Of a DNA stretch of 64,000 bases, positions 26,501 through 37,341 are shown one piece after another (positions within the stretch are counted from its first letter, which is position 1; each line of letters opens with the position of its first letter). The stretch spans positions 1,798,001 through 1,862,000 of the forward strand of contig CM038999.1 in NCBI GenBank assembly GCA_017499595.2, written 5' to 3'. The notes under the pieces are model-generated. The model worked only from the letters and a program-made list of their open reading frames with translations. It was not told the origin of the DNA and searched no databases. Source of the stretch: Psilocybe cubensis (lineage: Eukaryota). Made by a program: the position numbers and the translations under genes.

Positions 26501-27611
26501 AGATGAAAACGTATCTGGAGGGTCACTGTTTACCTCGGGGAATGCGGCTCCGGTAGCAATCTTTTGAACGCCGTCGACCAAGGGACTAAGGTAAGTAGCA
26601 GCGACATTCGGATCTCGTACAAGTTTAACGAGATTGTCCACCACCACGACTGTACGACGTTGAACTTCCATGCTCCTGTCGTTCAATGCACGAAGCAATA
26701 ATGGCACAAGGACGGCCAATGCGGGGGATGTAACTTCGGCAACGAAAGTGGTGTTCGACAAGGCTTTGATACAAGCAGGTACAGAGTCTGGATTTGCCAT
26801 ACACTTCACTAGAACGGGGATATGTGGTATAAGATCTGGGTTGGCAAGAGTAGCACAGAGAGATGTGGCACATTTGATAGCAGCGGATGAGACCTATACT
26901 CAAAATATGAGGCGACAATATGTCATATAAAATAAGGCATCGTACCTCTGCTTTAGTATCGTGCATAGCAGATTCGACCTTGGGCAGAGTAACTCCCAGC
27001 TCCGCTGCTACGGCATCTCTAGCCGAGGTGACAAACGTCTTGAAAGATTCCAAAACGCCTACTTTGGTACGCCATTTTCCGTTCTCTAAAATCGACTCCA
27101 GTTGTCGAAAAACAGTACGAGTGGCTTCGGGGGGGAATAGTTTTAGGATTGCTTTGGTTGCTGCAGCTGCAGCGGCGCGGACTACTTCCCCCTTGTCCAT
27201 GTAAAGATCAAAGATAACAGGAAGAGACGGAAGTAAAAGAGGAGCGATGGGGGCACCCAAGATTGTTGCAAGAGATTGGAAGGCGATAGCAGCGGATTCG
27301 CGTTCGAATCCCGATTTCTTATTGGTGGCGAAATCATGGAGGGTTTTGATGACATGGAAATCACTGAACAATAGTCAATGGACGCCAATAAAAGGTAAAA
27401 AGGCACGCACTCTAAGGACTGGGGTCCTTGTTTTGCTACTTCACGAGCGAGCCTATCGCCCGCAGCTTTGGCATCTGGGAGATCCAATTAGCACACGGAA
27501 AAGCGACTAAGAGGGCAAAGCTGGACCTGGCGCAGTGGGTGCTGTGCGAAGGGCATCAAAAAGAGGCGTAAAGGACGAAACTGAGGTATCAGGCATGGAA
27601 ACAGGCGACAT
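23524..27611 (-). CDS. NEW1: New1/Elf1-type eEF3-family ABC-F ATPase (HEAT repeats, two ABC domains, chromodomain insert)
   Basis: HEAT region (KWRTKVG, FVAEVTSPALA). ABC1: GTNGSGKST, LSGGWKMK, LLLDEPTNH. ABC2: GPNGAGKST, chromo insert YEVKWRGLDHKYNTW, LSGGQKIK. C-tail KKKKKMTRNQQKAQEERRRLRKLRWL resembles New1/Elf1 rather than Yef3. Confidence 0.88.
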
Positions 27612-28112
27612 CTAAGGTTGGATATACAGTGATTACAGATGAGATCGAGAGACGGTTGTCCGCGAGTGCTGCAAATTAGAACAAATGGGTAGTCTAAAGT
27701 GTAAAAATCTGGCGATTAAGAGAAATTTTGGAAGGAAAGCGTCGACTTTGGGCGATTGAAGAGTAGATCGCGATATAAAAGCACTGCAGCTGCCTACAGG
27801 CCGGTCTAAGGGTAAGGATAAGAGCAGTCACCGCGGCGGCGCACTTTGATGTGATAAAACTTTCATTTCGGCACGTGGTCTGCATTTATAATTATCTCAT
27901 CGATCTCACTCTCTATTTTTACACTTGCTCATTCAAGCGCCCAGACAGAAGAGTCGGTCTCAAGTTGCGCAATGTATACTCCTTTCACGGAAACTCCTTT
28001 GTATCTCCTATTAGAAGGTTTCTTATCCCTTGGTAAGGAGATCTACTGGTGGCCCTTATTTAAATACCACTGCGACTGGTAGCCCAATCCTAAATACCAC
28101 CACTGGGCGCAT

Positions 28113-28982
28113 ATGGAGTCCAACTTACCACTCGTCATAGGACTAGCGTCCGGATTTGCTTTTCTCAACTTGCTCTTGGTCGTCACATGGTATCTTTGGG
28201 AGCGCAATCGGAGAAGGAAGAACAATAGGCGGGTCGACGCGGAGGACAAACTCACTGCCCTTAATCCAAGGCATGCCAAGCTACAGAAAGCAAGACGGTC
28301 GAAGTCGAAGCCCAAGCCCACGATTACCTTACTGCCAGACAATTGGCACCAGTATGCGCGCACGGGTCCCAAGTCGCATCCCTCCTGCATATCTTCCCCG
28401 CTTCCTATACACCACAGCCCTACCAGGAACCTTGCGCACCATCATCATCCTATGGGATTATCTTCTCTACGGAATGAGCTGTACCCGACATCACGGATGA
28501 ACTCTGGGCGCAGAAATTCGCTGGAAACAGTGTCGGTATACTCCACCATGTCTGCTCCCACCCATCTTCATGACGAGCTTCTGTCGGACACCCACGATTC
28601 ACTTTCTACAGCTGTCAACTCCCATGACGATCCTTACTTGGACGATAAATATGCCGTATTACAGTGTGCGGAGTATTCTCTCCCAAGGGATCGCAGGAGC
28701 CCGCTTTATTCTATCCCTGAGTGGGAACAAGATGTCTTTGATAGAGGGTCCTCACAGTGCTGGAGCCCATATCTGACGAACAACGCAAGGGCTGGTACCT
28801 CACCGATGTTCCATGAACAATGTCCCGCTTCTCACGGGACGAATATCCATGGCTTGGATGTGTCTCCTTTGAACATACGGAAACGGACACCGTCACCACC
28901 TTTTGGGGTGGTCAGACACTTCCCTCCCGCTCGCCCTCCACGGTGTCCTTCTCCTAACCTCCCATCGCCTTATTCTCCATGA
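28113..28982 (+). CDS. Hypothetical single-pass membrane protein, intronless, 289 aa
   Basis: ATG-initiated ORF. N-terminal TM (LPLVIGLASGFAFLNLLLVVTWYLW), then a basic stop-transfer stretch RNRRRKNNRR and a Ser/Pro-rich tail. Confidence 0.7.
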   Translation: MESNLPLVIGLASGFAFLNLLLVVTWYLWERNRRRKNNRRVDAEDKLTALNPRHAKLQKARRSKSKPKPTITLLPDNWHQYARTGPKSHPSCISSPLPIHHSPTRNLAHHHHPMGLSSLRNELYPTSRMNSGRRNSLETVSVYSTMSAPTHLHDELLSDTHDSLSTAVNSHDDPYLDDKYAVLQCAEYSLPRDRRSPLYSIPEWEQDVFDRGSSQCWSPYLTNNARAGTSPMFHEQCPASHGTNIHGLDVSPLNIRKRTPSPPFGVVRHFPPARPPRCPSPNLPSPYSP

Positions 28983-29107
28983 TCACATACTTTGATAGTT
29001 TGATTGTTTTTTATACTGACTAGTCTCGCTATGTAATAGTATTTCTTAGGATATTGGAACTTGGAATGTACATTGTATTTGCAACCAGTGACTTGATATC
29101 GAAGTAT

Positions 29108-31178
29108 TCATTCCTCGTCAGGGTAATCAACTTTATCGTAAAGGCGGAGAGTCTCATTCCAATCTCTCTTCCTCCTTCTCTTAATTGAAAAATACCTGGC
29201 TTTACTATCCCAACTCCCTTGAATCCTTCCCTTCTCCTTACCCCCAGCATGCGAGAAGTAGAATTCAGGGTCATCTGGTAACCCAAGCTTCTGAACAGCG
29301 AAGTTCATCACCCGTGCATGTAAGTCCTTTCGGTTTTCACGCATGGTTTTCAGCGTCGATTTCCCAACGAGCAGCAGTCGTAAAAGTGAAGAAAAAGCAC
29401 GGAAAGCAGCTACTGCATCCTCGAACCAACGCAAGGTCATCCACATGAAGGCCGGGACCAAGAAGAAAGTCACCAGTGCGAATGGCCATGTGAAGGCAAC
29501 TGCAGTAAACCACACACAGATGCCTGACATTAAACCGTAGATCAGCTTGTACTGAGCAATTTCATCCCATGTGTCGAATATTGGACCTGTTTTCTTGAAG
29601 TTGTGAACTGCATAGAAAGTGGTCCCAAACACAGGAAACCATAGAAGTAATCCAGGAAGAGATATTGTGAGTAAACAAATAGCCCAAATGAGCCTAACAA
29701 GCATGCGGGAAAGGATAGTCCGTCGAGAAAGGGGACGACGTATTCGATCGTCTTTAATGGACAGTTTAGCGAGTTGGTCCTGATATATCTATCAGATGAT
29801 AATGAGTATCAATAGGCTTACGGTGAATAATAGTTGATTTACCTTTAAATCGTGTTGAAGTTTTTTTGATCCATCATCTTCTGTAGATGCAAGAGAGTTT
29901 TGAAGAGTTTTAAACTCGTCAATGAAAGTACGGACAATCCGGACATGGTCCCCTAAGGTCATCATTGTTCCCAGAGGAGCATACATTCGTGCGGCCAACT
30001 TTGCGTTTCTAATGAGATCCCAGGAGGGGGCATCAAAAGTTCCACTGCTAATTTTATCGTGTAATTTGGCCGTTACTGCTCGGATATTGGCAAAATCAAC
30101 TGGTTCCAATAATTCTGGATTATCCTGAAGACGAATGAATAAGTTGTGAGAGAAAAGATGTCAAGGTTAATTACCTTCGGTGTAAAGATCATAGGGGCGT
30201 GAAATGTCACCAACACATCGGACCGGAAATGTTGTCGATGCCTTAAGCCCGCCAATGTCAACTGCCATAATTAAAAGAGAAAAGAAAGAAAGGGTGCACA
30301 TGTAAGTTATTGAACAAGTCTGGACGGAAATCTCGAAATCGGGATTATCCCGATTTCTCGACAAAACATCAGATACGAGGCGGGCAACTGTAATAAAAGG
30401 TTCAAGATTCACTTCAACATCCCCATAAAAATCTTACTAACCTCCTGTCTTGAGGGGCGCGATTGTTGGATGATAGCGACTAAGCCCCTCTGGAAAAAGA
30501 CACACAGCATCACCATTTTCCAGAGCCTAATAATATGAGTACAGTGGATTTCGGTTAAGCAAAGCGATAAAAGTGCAACTGACCATCATAAGATTTGCCA
30601 TGACTTGAGAATTGTCAACAGTGCCATCAGGTGAATCCTTCTTCCGTTGCAATGGGACAGTACCGGCCGATTCGATGAGCCAACTCGTAAACGTTGGACG
30701 GCCAAATTGGGTGGCCTTTGCGGTCAGTCGCAGCATATTGCGTTTCTAAAACGAGTTTTGAGCTTTGCATGTATTCGGTGTGTATGCTAGGTAAATACCC
30801 ATGTTGGAATAGAAGTGACAAGGAGACTAAACTGATTGAGAATCGGGATGTAGTAAAGACAGACAAAGGACTTACAGAGCATCAGTCAGTGAATTGCTGT
30901 GATTCGCACAGACAATGCTACACAAGCATATTTTAATATGAAGACAGTGGTCCAAGGAAACCCACGAAATCGTTCATACCAGGGTCTCCCCGTCTCTGGA
31001 ATAAGGTCGGCATTTTCAATGACAATGGTTCCATAGAAAATCTTTAGAACAAATCTGAAGAGCAGCCTAGATGCGGTTCGAGTGGAGCATTAATTGCGAT
31101 ACTTCGAAGCTCATATGACTGGAAAAGACTGTACCGGATGAGAGCGTACGACCAGGGAGTTGGTGTACCTTGCGGCAT
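29108..31178 (-). CDS. PlsC-domain glycerol-3-phosphate/DHAP O-acyltransferase (Sct1/Gpt2-like)
   Basis: MPQGTPTPWSYALIR|LLFRFVLKIFYGTIV. Acyltransferase motifs CANHSNSLTD (HxxxxD), LRLTAKATQFG, GTVPLQRKKD and CLFPEG. C-terminal TM segments. Confidence 0.88.
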
Positions 31179-31462
31179 ACGTTGTATTGTGTTCCACAAG
31201 CTCCAACAGCAGCAAATTCTGTGGATGTGGACGAAGGAACTGGTAAGGAATCAGGATCCGAATGCACGTTCGTTCGGGGCAGCATTGATGGGTGATCGGA
31301 TACAATAGGATTACTTGCCTATTAAGGCAGGCTGGTAAACGCGATCGACAATGGACAAGCAAGCTGACTAAGCAAAATTTTGAGAATACTATCCTCTCAA
31401 CTCAAGTTAAGACACTGGAATCTGTTCTCTTTATTCTTGGCTTGTATTAACATCTAACAAAA

Positions 31463-34400
31463 ATGGAGGAGGCTCTCGAAAAAATAAGGCCTCATACCTC
31501 CTCATCACTACCCCACCAAAAGACACCCGCTAATCTTCTCATCGCACTTGAATCTACCTTCAAGGACCAAAACACAGAGGCTACATCTACAGCCTATTTC
31601 GCCGCACTCTTAACCACATTAGATGGGACAATCCAAAAAAAAGATGTTTCCCTTGACGATGGGGCCATCCTTCCCGCTGAGCTATACCTGCTGGCTCTAG
31701 TCGCTCCCTACGTACCCGCACCGGTTATGCGATCAAATCTTAATACTTTGCTCTCTCTCACAGCACCTCTATTCCCTTCATTGACCCAGCACGCCCCATC
31801 TCTGAGATCTCAACTTTCTCTCTATCATGCTATTTTCCATTCTGTGGACCGATCGCATTTGGAAGCCCAGGGTGTTCGCCAAACCTTTGCTTCAATTCTG
31901 CAGCTGTGCATAGATCCTCGACCGAAAGTTCGCAAGAAGGCTGTCGATGTTGTGAAGGATGTGCTTGCCAATCCTCCAACCCCGTTACTGCTGCATCCAT
32001 ATGCCGAGAGAGTTGCTGAGTGGGCTTTAGCTACCTTGTCTGAAGTCAACGCAGGGCCTTTCGCAAAAGGCAAGTCTGCGAAGCAAACCGCTGCCCCAGG
32101 GGCAGAGATAGCTATACATGTACTAGCGTTTTTACGTCCCATAATCCCCCATCTCCCTTCAGAAGTAAGTTTGATTCACTTCATTGGATCAATACAACTA
32201 ACTCCATCGTGTTCCTGCAGGCGCTTCCTTCAATCACGAATATCCTATTGACTTTGCCTCGCCTCGGAAACACCTATCTTTCACAATCATCGTATTCCAT
32301 CCTGACAGAAATATTCCAAACGTCAGTTGAAGACGTTTCGACAAATGTTGGAAGCCAGCTCTCCGAAGTCCTGAAAGTCGTTCTGTCCTCACTCCCTTCA
32401 AAGTCAGATTCGACTCTTTCTGCCAGTTGGGTACAGGTGCTTGGTGGTGCCATGGCGGCACATTATACACTCGATCCGGACAAAGCCTCAAAGGAAGTCG
32501 GGAAAGTGTGGAAAAGTGTGTGGAATTTCATGGATTCCACGGATGTTGGAGTCCGGAAAGCGACTTCAGAGGCTTTATGCTCTATTTCATCTTGCTTTTC
32601 ATCAACCCTGATTTCTGCTGCTGTTTCTGACAAGGATGGCTCTAGTACTATACGCAAGATTGTTGCACAGGTATCAAAAGCTCTTGACTCACTGCAATAC
32701 GCTCGCGCTATCCCTGAGATCCTTTCCGTTATCTCTGCATTCATCACCAACCTCCAAGTCAGGTCATCGAAAACCTCGCCCACTGCAACAGAGTTGTTGC
32801 TCATGCCCCTTATTGTCAGAATAGCTGATCTAAGAATATCTAAGGGCTTCGAACACAAAGAGGCTGCAGATTCTACACTCTCGGTTGCTATGCGTATCCT
32901 GGGACCTGAAGTTTTGCTGGGAACTTTACCTTTAAACCTCGAGCCAGGCGACCGGTATGGTTTCACCAAATGTTTAAACATGTCTGTTGACTAATTACTT
33001 TCATAGAAAACCAGGTTCAGAACCTCGTGCCTTCCTTCTCCCTCTACTTGCTCAGCCACATTCTTCACATCTTTCCCATTTTGTTTCGTACTTTGTCCCT
33101 CTGAGTGAAAGAATGTTTGATCTGCAACAAAAGGCCGAAACAGAAGGCCGCCAGGCAGAAGCTAAGATGTGGAGCGTCCTTGTGGGACAGATCTGGGCTG
33201 GATTATCAGGCTACTGCATCGGTACAGCGAATCTCAAGGAAGTGAGTCACTAACATGTCATTTTTCAACCATTTGCTCATCATTTTCAGTCATTAAGCAC
33301 AGGGTTTTCGCAGCTTCTTTCGCAGCTTTTGTACGGGCAGCCAGACCTTCGAGTTTCGATTTTGAAGGCCTTGAAGATAATGATTGACTCAAACCTGGTC
33401 CTTACTGAGGCAACTGAAGAAGAAATGGTTTCTTCCACAGCATTAATCACGCAGCAAGAAGCCAAGGATAATATTGAGTTCCTGCGCACCCAAGTAGAAA
33501 GTTGGCTTGCTGTACTGTTCAATGTTTACGGTAGCGTTGGACGTGATTCTCGTGGTCTCATTGGAGAAGTCATTGTGTCATGGGCATCAATAGCTGGAAC
33601 TCAGGTACGATTGCTGCTTGTATCTATAGCTGTTGCAGTCGAGTTAATTCTGCAACCAGGAAATCCACAATGCATTTTTAAAAGTAGTACAGCTCTTCAA
33701 AACCAGCCTTCCAATGGCCCAGAAAACCTTGGGAAACATATCGTCCGCTGGAGACATCGGCAATATGACGACAACCTCTCAAGATATCCTTATCCTTCTA
33801 CTGACTAACCTTTCAGTCACCGATTCGCAGGCTCTGTTTGAATTCACATTGACCCCCGAGGTTCTTTCGTGCAAAGACAACGGCGTTCAAAAGCGAGGAT
33901 ACAAGATTTTGGCCAAATTAGTGGATGCCGGGGATATTGCCGTCGATCCGGAAGTCGTCCTGCGGAAGTTGGATGATTTGACCGAGGGCTTGACTGCCGC
34001 TGCCAAGAAGGCACGTTGGATAACTCTTTGCTGACCATGTACTAAGACCTTTGTTTTAGGACCGATTTAATTTGTTGGCCTCTCTGATTGATTTGCTTCC
34101 ATCGTCATCTCTTCACATCATCCCATCTCTAATCCCAGAAGTCGTTCTTGGGACCAAAGAACCGTCTGAAAAGGCGCGAACCGCTGCTTTCGAGGCAATC
34201 ATTTCCATGGGTAGAAAGATGAGTGTTGGAGGAGTTGTTAAGAGGAGCATGGTGGACGGCATGGAAGAAGACGGTGCAGAAGACGGTAGGTTGAGAGTTT
34301 GACCGTCGCCAGTATCATGCATTTACTCATCCCCCCCCCTCTCCCTCTCCTCCCTCTCTCCCAAGCTGTCGCAAGTATCGAGGAGTTCTTAACAATGATT

Positions 34401-35761
34401 GCTGGTGGGTTAGCAGGAGCAAGTCCACATATGATTAGCGCTACCGTCACTGCCATTTCTCGCCTGGTTTTTGAGTTCAAAGGTTCGTCCTAGACTTGTA
34501 CCTAATGTACACCTCGCAACTGACTTGGGTACAGAGTCTATCTCACCCAATATGCACAATGAAATTCTGACGACGCTTCTTGTGTTCTTATCATCTGCCA
34601 ATCGTGAAATTGTGAAGTCCATTCTCGGATTTGTCAAACTTGCCATCCATACCCTTCCAGTCGATCTTATCCGACCTCACCTCAAGGAACTTGTACCAGC
34701 TTTGTTGAACTGGTCACACGATCACAAAAACCATTTCAAGGTCAAAGTTCGTCATATTTTCGAGAGGATGCTTAGACGCTTCAGCTGGGACGAAATCTAT
34801 TCTTGTGCAGGTGAAGAAGAGGCTGCTAAAGTTCTTGTTAATATCAAAAAGCGCAAGGAAAGAGCTAAACGTAAAAAAGCCAACAAAGCGGAAGCTGATG
34901 AGGATGACAACGAGGTGTGTTGGGCCGCTCTTCTAGTATTCTTATATGCTCATCGACAACATTGTTCTAGCCCACACCTGCCAAAATCACTACCGGAGAC
35001 GCCTTTGAAGATGTTCTGTACGGGAGTGAAAGTGAACTTGATGACAGCGACGACGAGCAGGCAGCAGATGCTGCACCCTCTAGTTCTAAGAAAAAGAATA
35101 ACTCTCGAGGTGACGTGAGATTGCGATTAGATGGCGATGAGCCCATAGATCTTCTGCAGGGCGCTGCAACACATTTAACAAGTCGGTCCTGTCGTCAGAC
35201 ATTTTAGACATATTCTTACCCTTTCTCTTTAGATGCAAATTCAAATCGTCGTCGCCAGCCTGGTAAAGATGCTGCGCGCTTCAGGACAGACGAGGACACA
35301 GGGAAGATGATTATCGATGCCAACTCTGATTCTGAAGGACCCCCTGAAGGACCCCCTAATGAAATTGGAGCTACCGATGTTGCTGGAACAGCATATCGGG
35401 AGAGCATGGTTTCTGTCGATGGTTTCACCCGTGGTCCTAATGGTAGGATCAAATTCCACAAGGACACAAAAAAGCGGAGGAGAGAGGAAGAAGCCATGGA
35501 TGTCGAAATGGCTGATTCTGAAGAGGTGACTGGCTCCAAACCCAAAAAATCGAAGAAAAAATCGGAAGTCAATTTTGGTCATGAATTCAAAGCCAAGGTT
35601 TTTTTTTTTTTGAAACTACGATCCATCATTCAAAGTCTGATGGTTTGTTACAGAAAGCTGGCGGTGATGTCAAGAAGGGAGGTGTGGATCCATATGCCTA
35701 TCTTTCACTTTCCCAGGCAGCAAAATCTGGACGCAAAAGTGGTATTTCAGGCAAACGATGA
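31463..35761 (+). CDS. RRP12: Ribosome biogenesis protein Rrp12 (HEAT/NUC173)
   Basis: DPRPKVRKKA, LPLNLEP..RAFLLPLL, VQKRGYKIL, WSHDHKNHFKVKVRHIFERM, and C-terminal GHEFKAK|KAGGDVKKGGVDPYAY. Stop at 35759-35761. Confidence 0.93.
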
Positions 35762-35841
35762 TGTTGTACTTCCTATTCTCCCCATCATCTCGTGTTTTTT
35801 TCATATCAATGACATTTTATATTATGCTTCATTTTGTCTAA

Positions 35842-36847
35842 TTACCCATAGAGCGTTTGATCATGAGGTGTTCCAAATAAGCCATCCCTCCAGCTGGCGG
35901 GCTGCTTCCATTGGCCAACTTCTTTGTGACCGACCACCCTCACGACTACGGAGGCAAGTAGTGCAGCATCTCCCCGATTGTCTCCTTCGAGAACAAATTG
36001 GAGCAGACATGCTGCTGGAATGTTCCACCCAGTTGGAATTGAAGATAAGATTCTTCTGGTTAAACCCCCTCCGGGAATAAATGGGATTTCTAGGCTACGA
36101 TCTGAAAGATGTTGAGGATGCTGCTGTACGGGAGAGCTGTATATTGGGATTGGAAGCGAAAGTAGGCTGGCAAGTGATGTAGCATTCAAAGGTCCACTCG
36201 TATAAGGGCGAATTTGATACGTTGGAGTCCTAGGGGAGTAAGGCTTGTGTGCATGCGTCAAAACGGTAACGGAGCTTACATCATTTGAGAATCTGTTCTG
36301 TTCGATAGGTCGACACCTGCTAAAAACAGTACTGCCCCAAGTTTTGAGTCTTTGATGAAGTTCAGGAGTGCATCAATGAATTCTTTCTTCAATGACTTTT
36401 AAGGAGGGCACGCTATATATCAGCGACGAGAATATAGCGAAAACAGACGGGGCTTACTTTCAGAACAGGAGATCTTTGTTGAATTACAACAAAATCCAGG
36501 TCATCACGGCCATATACTGCATACGCTTATTTTCGTGTCCCATAATCATTGAATCAAAAACTCACCCTCCAGGGGTGTAGTAATGCCTTTCTGACCATTC
36601 TCTCTCCCACCTACCACCGGAACACAATAACTTGAATCCAAAATGGCGAGTCGTTCGAGAGAGAGAGTAGCAACAATAAGATCAATAGCTAGTTGTCCAA
36701 CGTTTGCTGTTGACACCACAGGCTAGAACGAAAAGTCTAGTGTTAGCGTCCGAAATAACCAGAAGTAATGTAAATAATATGGCAATTGACAATTATGATT
36801 GTTTTCCCCTCAAGCCGTAACAAAGTACCTGATTGAATAAACCCCAT
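35842..36847 (-). CDS. Proteasome assembly chaperone 2 (PAC2/PSMG2 family)
   Basis: MGFIQSGTLLRLEGKTIII|PVVSTANVGQLAIDLIVATL...FVVIQQRSPVLK...IPGGGLTRRIL...EGDNRGDA...WKQPASWRDGLFGTPHDQTLYG. Confidence 0.9.
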
Positions 36848-36913
36848 CGATAGCCGGGTAGAGGTGCTCAACGAATAGAGATTGTCGTTAGAGATAATGA
36901 AGCAGAACTTGTC

Positions 36914-36938
36914 GCGACGCGCAATCAGTGCGCGTCGC
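36914..36938. repeat. Perfect 10-bp inverted repeat in the PAC2/monooxygenase divergent promoter
   Basis: GCGACGCGCA-atcag-TGCGCGTCGC. Confidence 0.85.
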
Positions 36939-37341
36939 TCCGGCCCGCGCTTTACACATCATGTTCAGCTCGTTTCACGTAGCCTCGTGACGGCTCCTTG
37001 CCTCTCCAAGACTCAACAAGACTCAGTAGTCAGTATGCAGTATGCTGCAGCATATTTTTCTGTTTCTCTCATTATCGTCGGGCTATGACTCCAGCCATTC
37101 ACTACATCCAGCACCAATTTGCTTGCTTTTATAAAATGAACGTTTCTCTGTGGCACTATGGGAGAATTTGTCATGAGCTCTATGAGGATTCAGTTCCAAT
37201 CTCCCAGGATGTCTGTGATCCGCATGGACTACGCAGCATCATTTTCGTCACTTGTTACATTTTGAGAAACTGGCATGAACTACGGCACGCTTGAAGCTTT
37301 TCAGGAACTTGCACCAGTGTTTAACGGTTCGATCATCCTTA

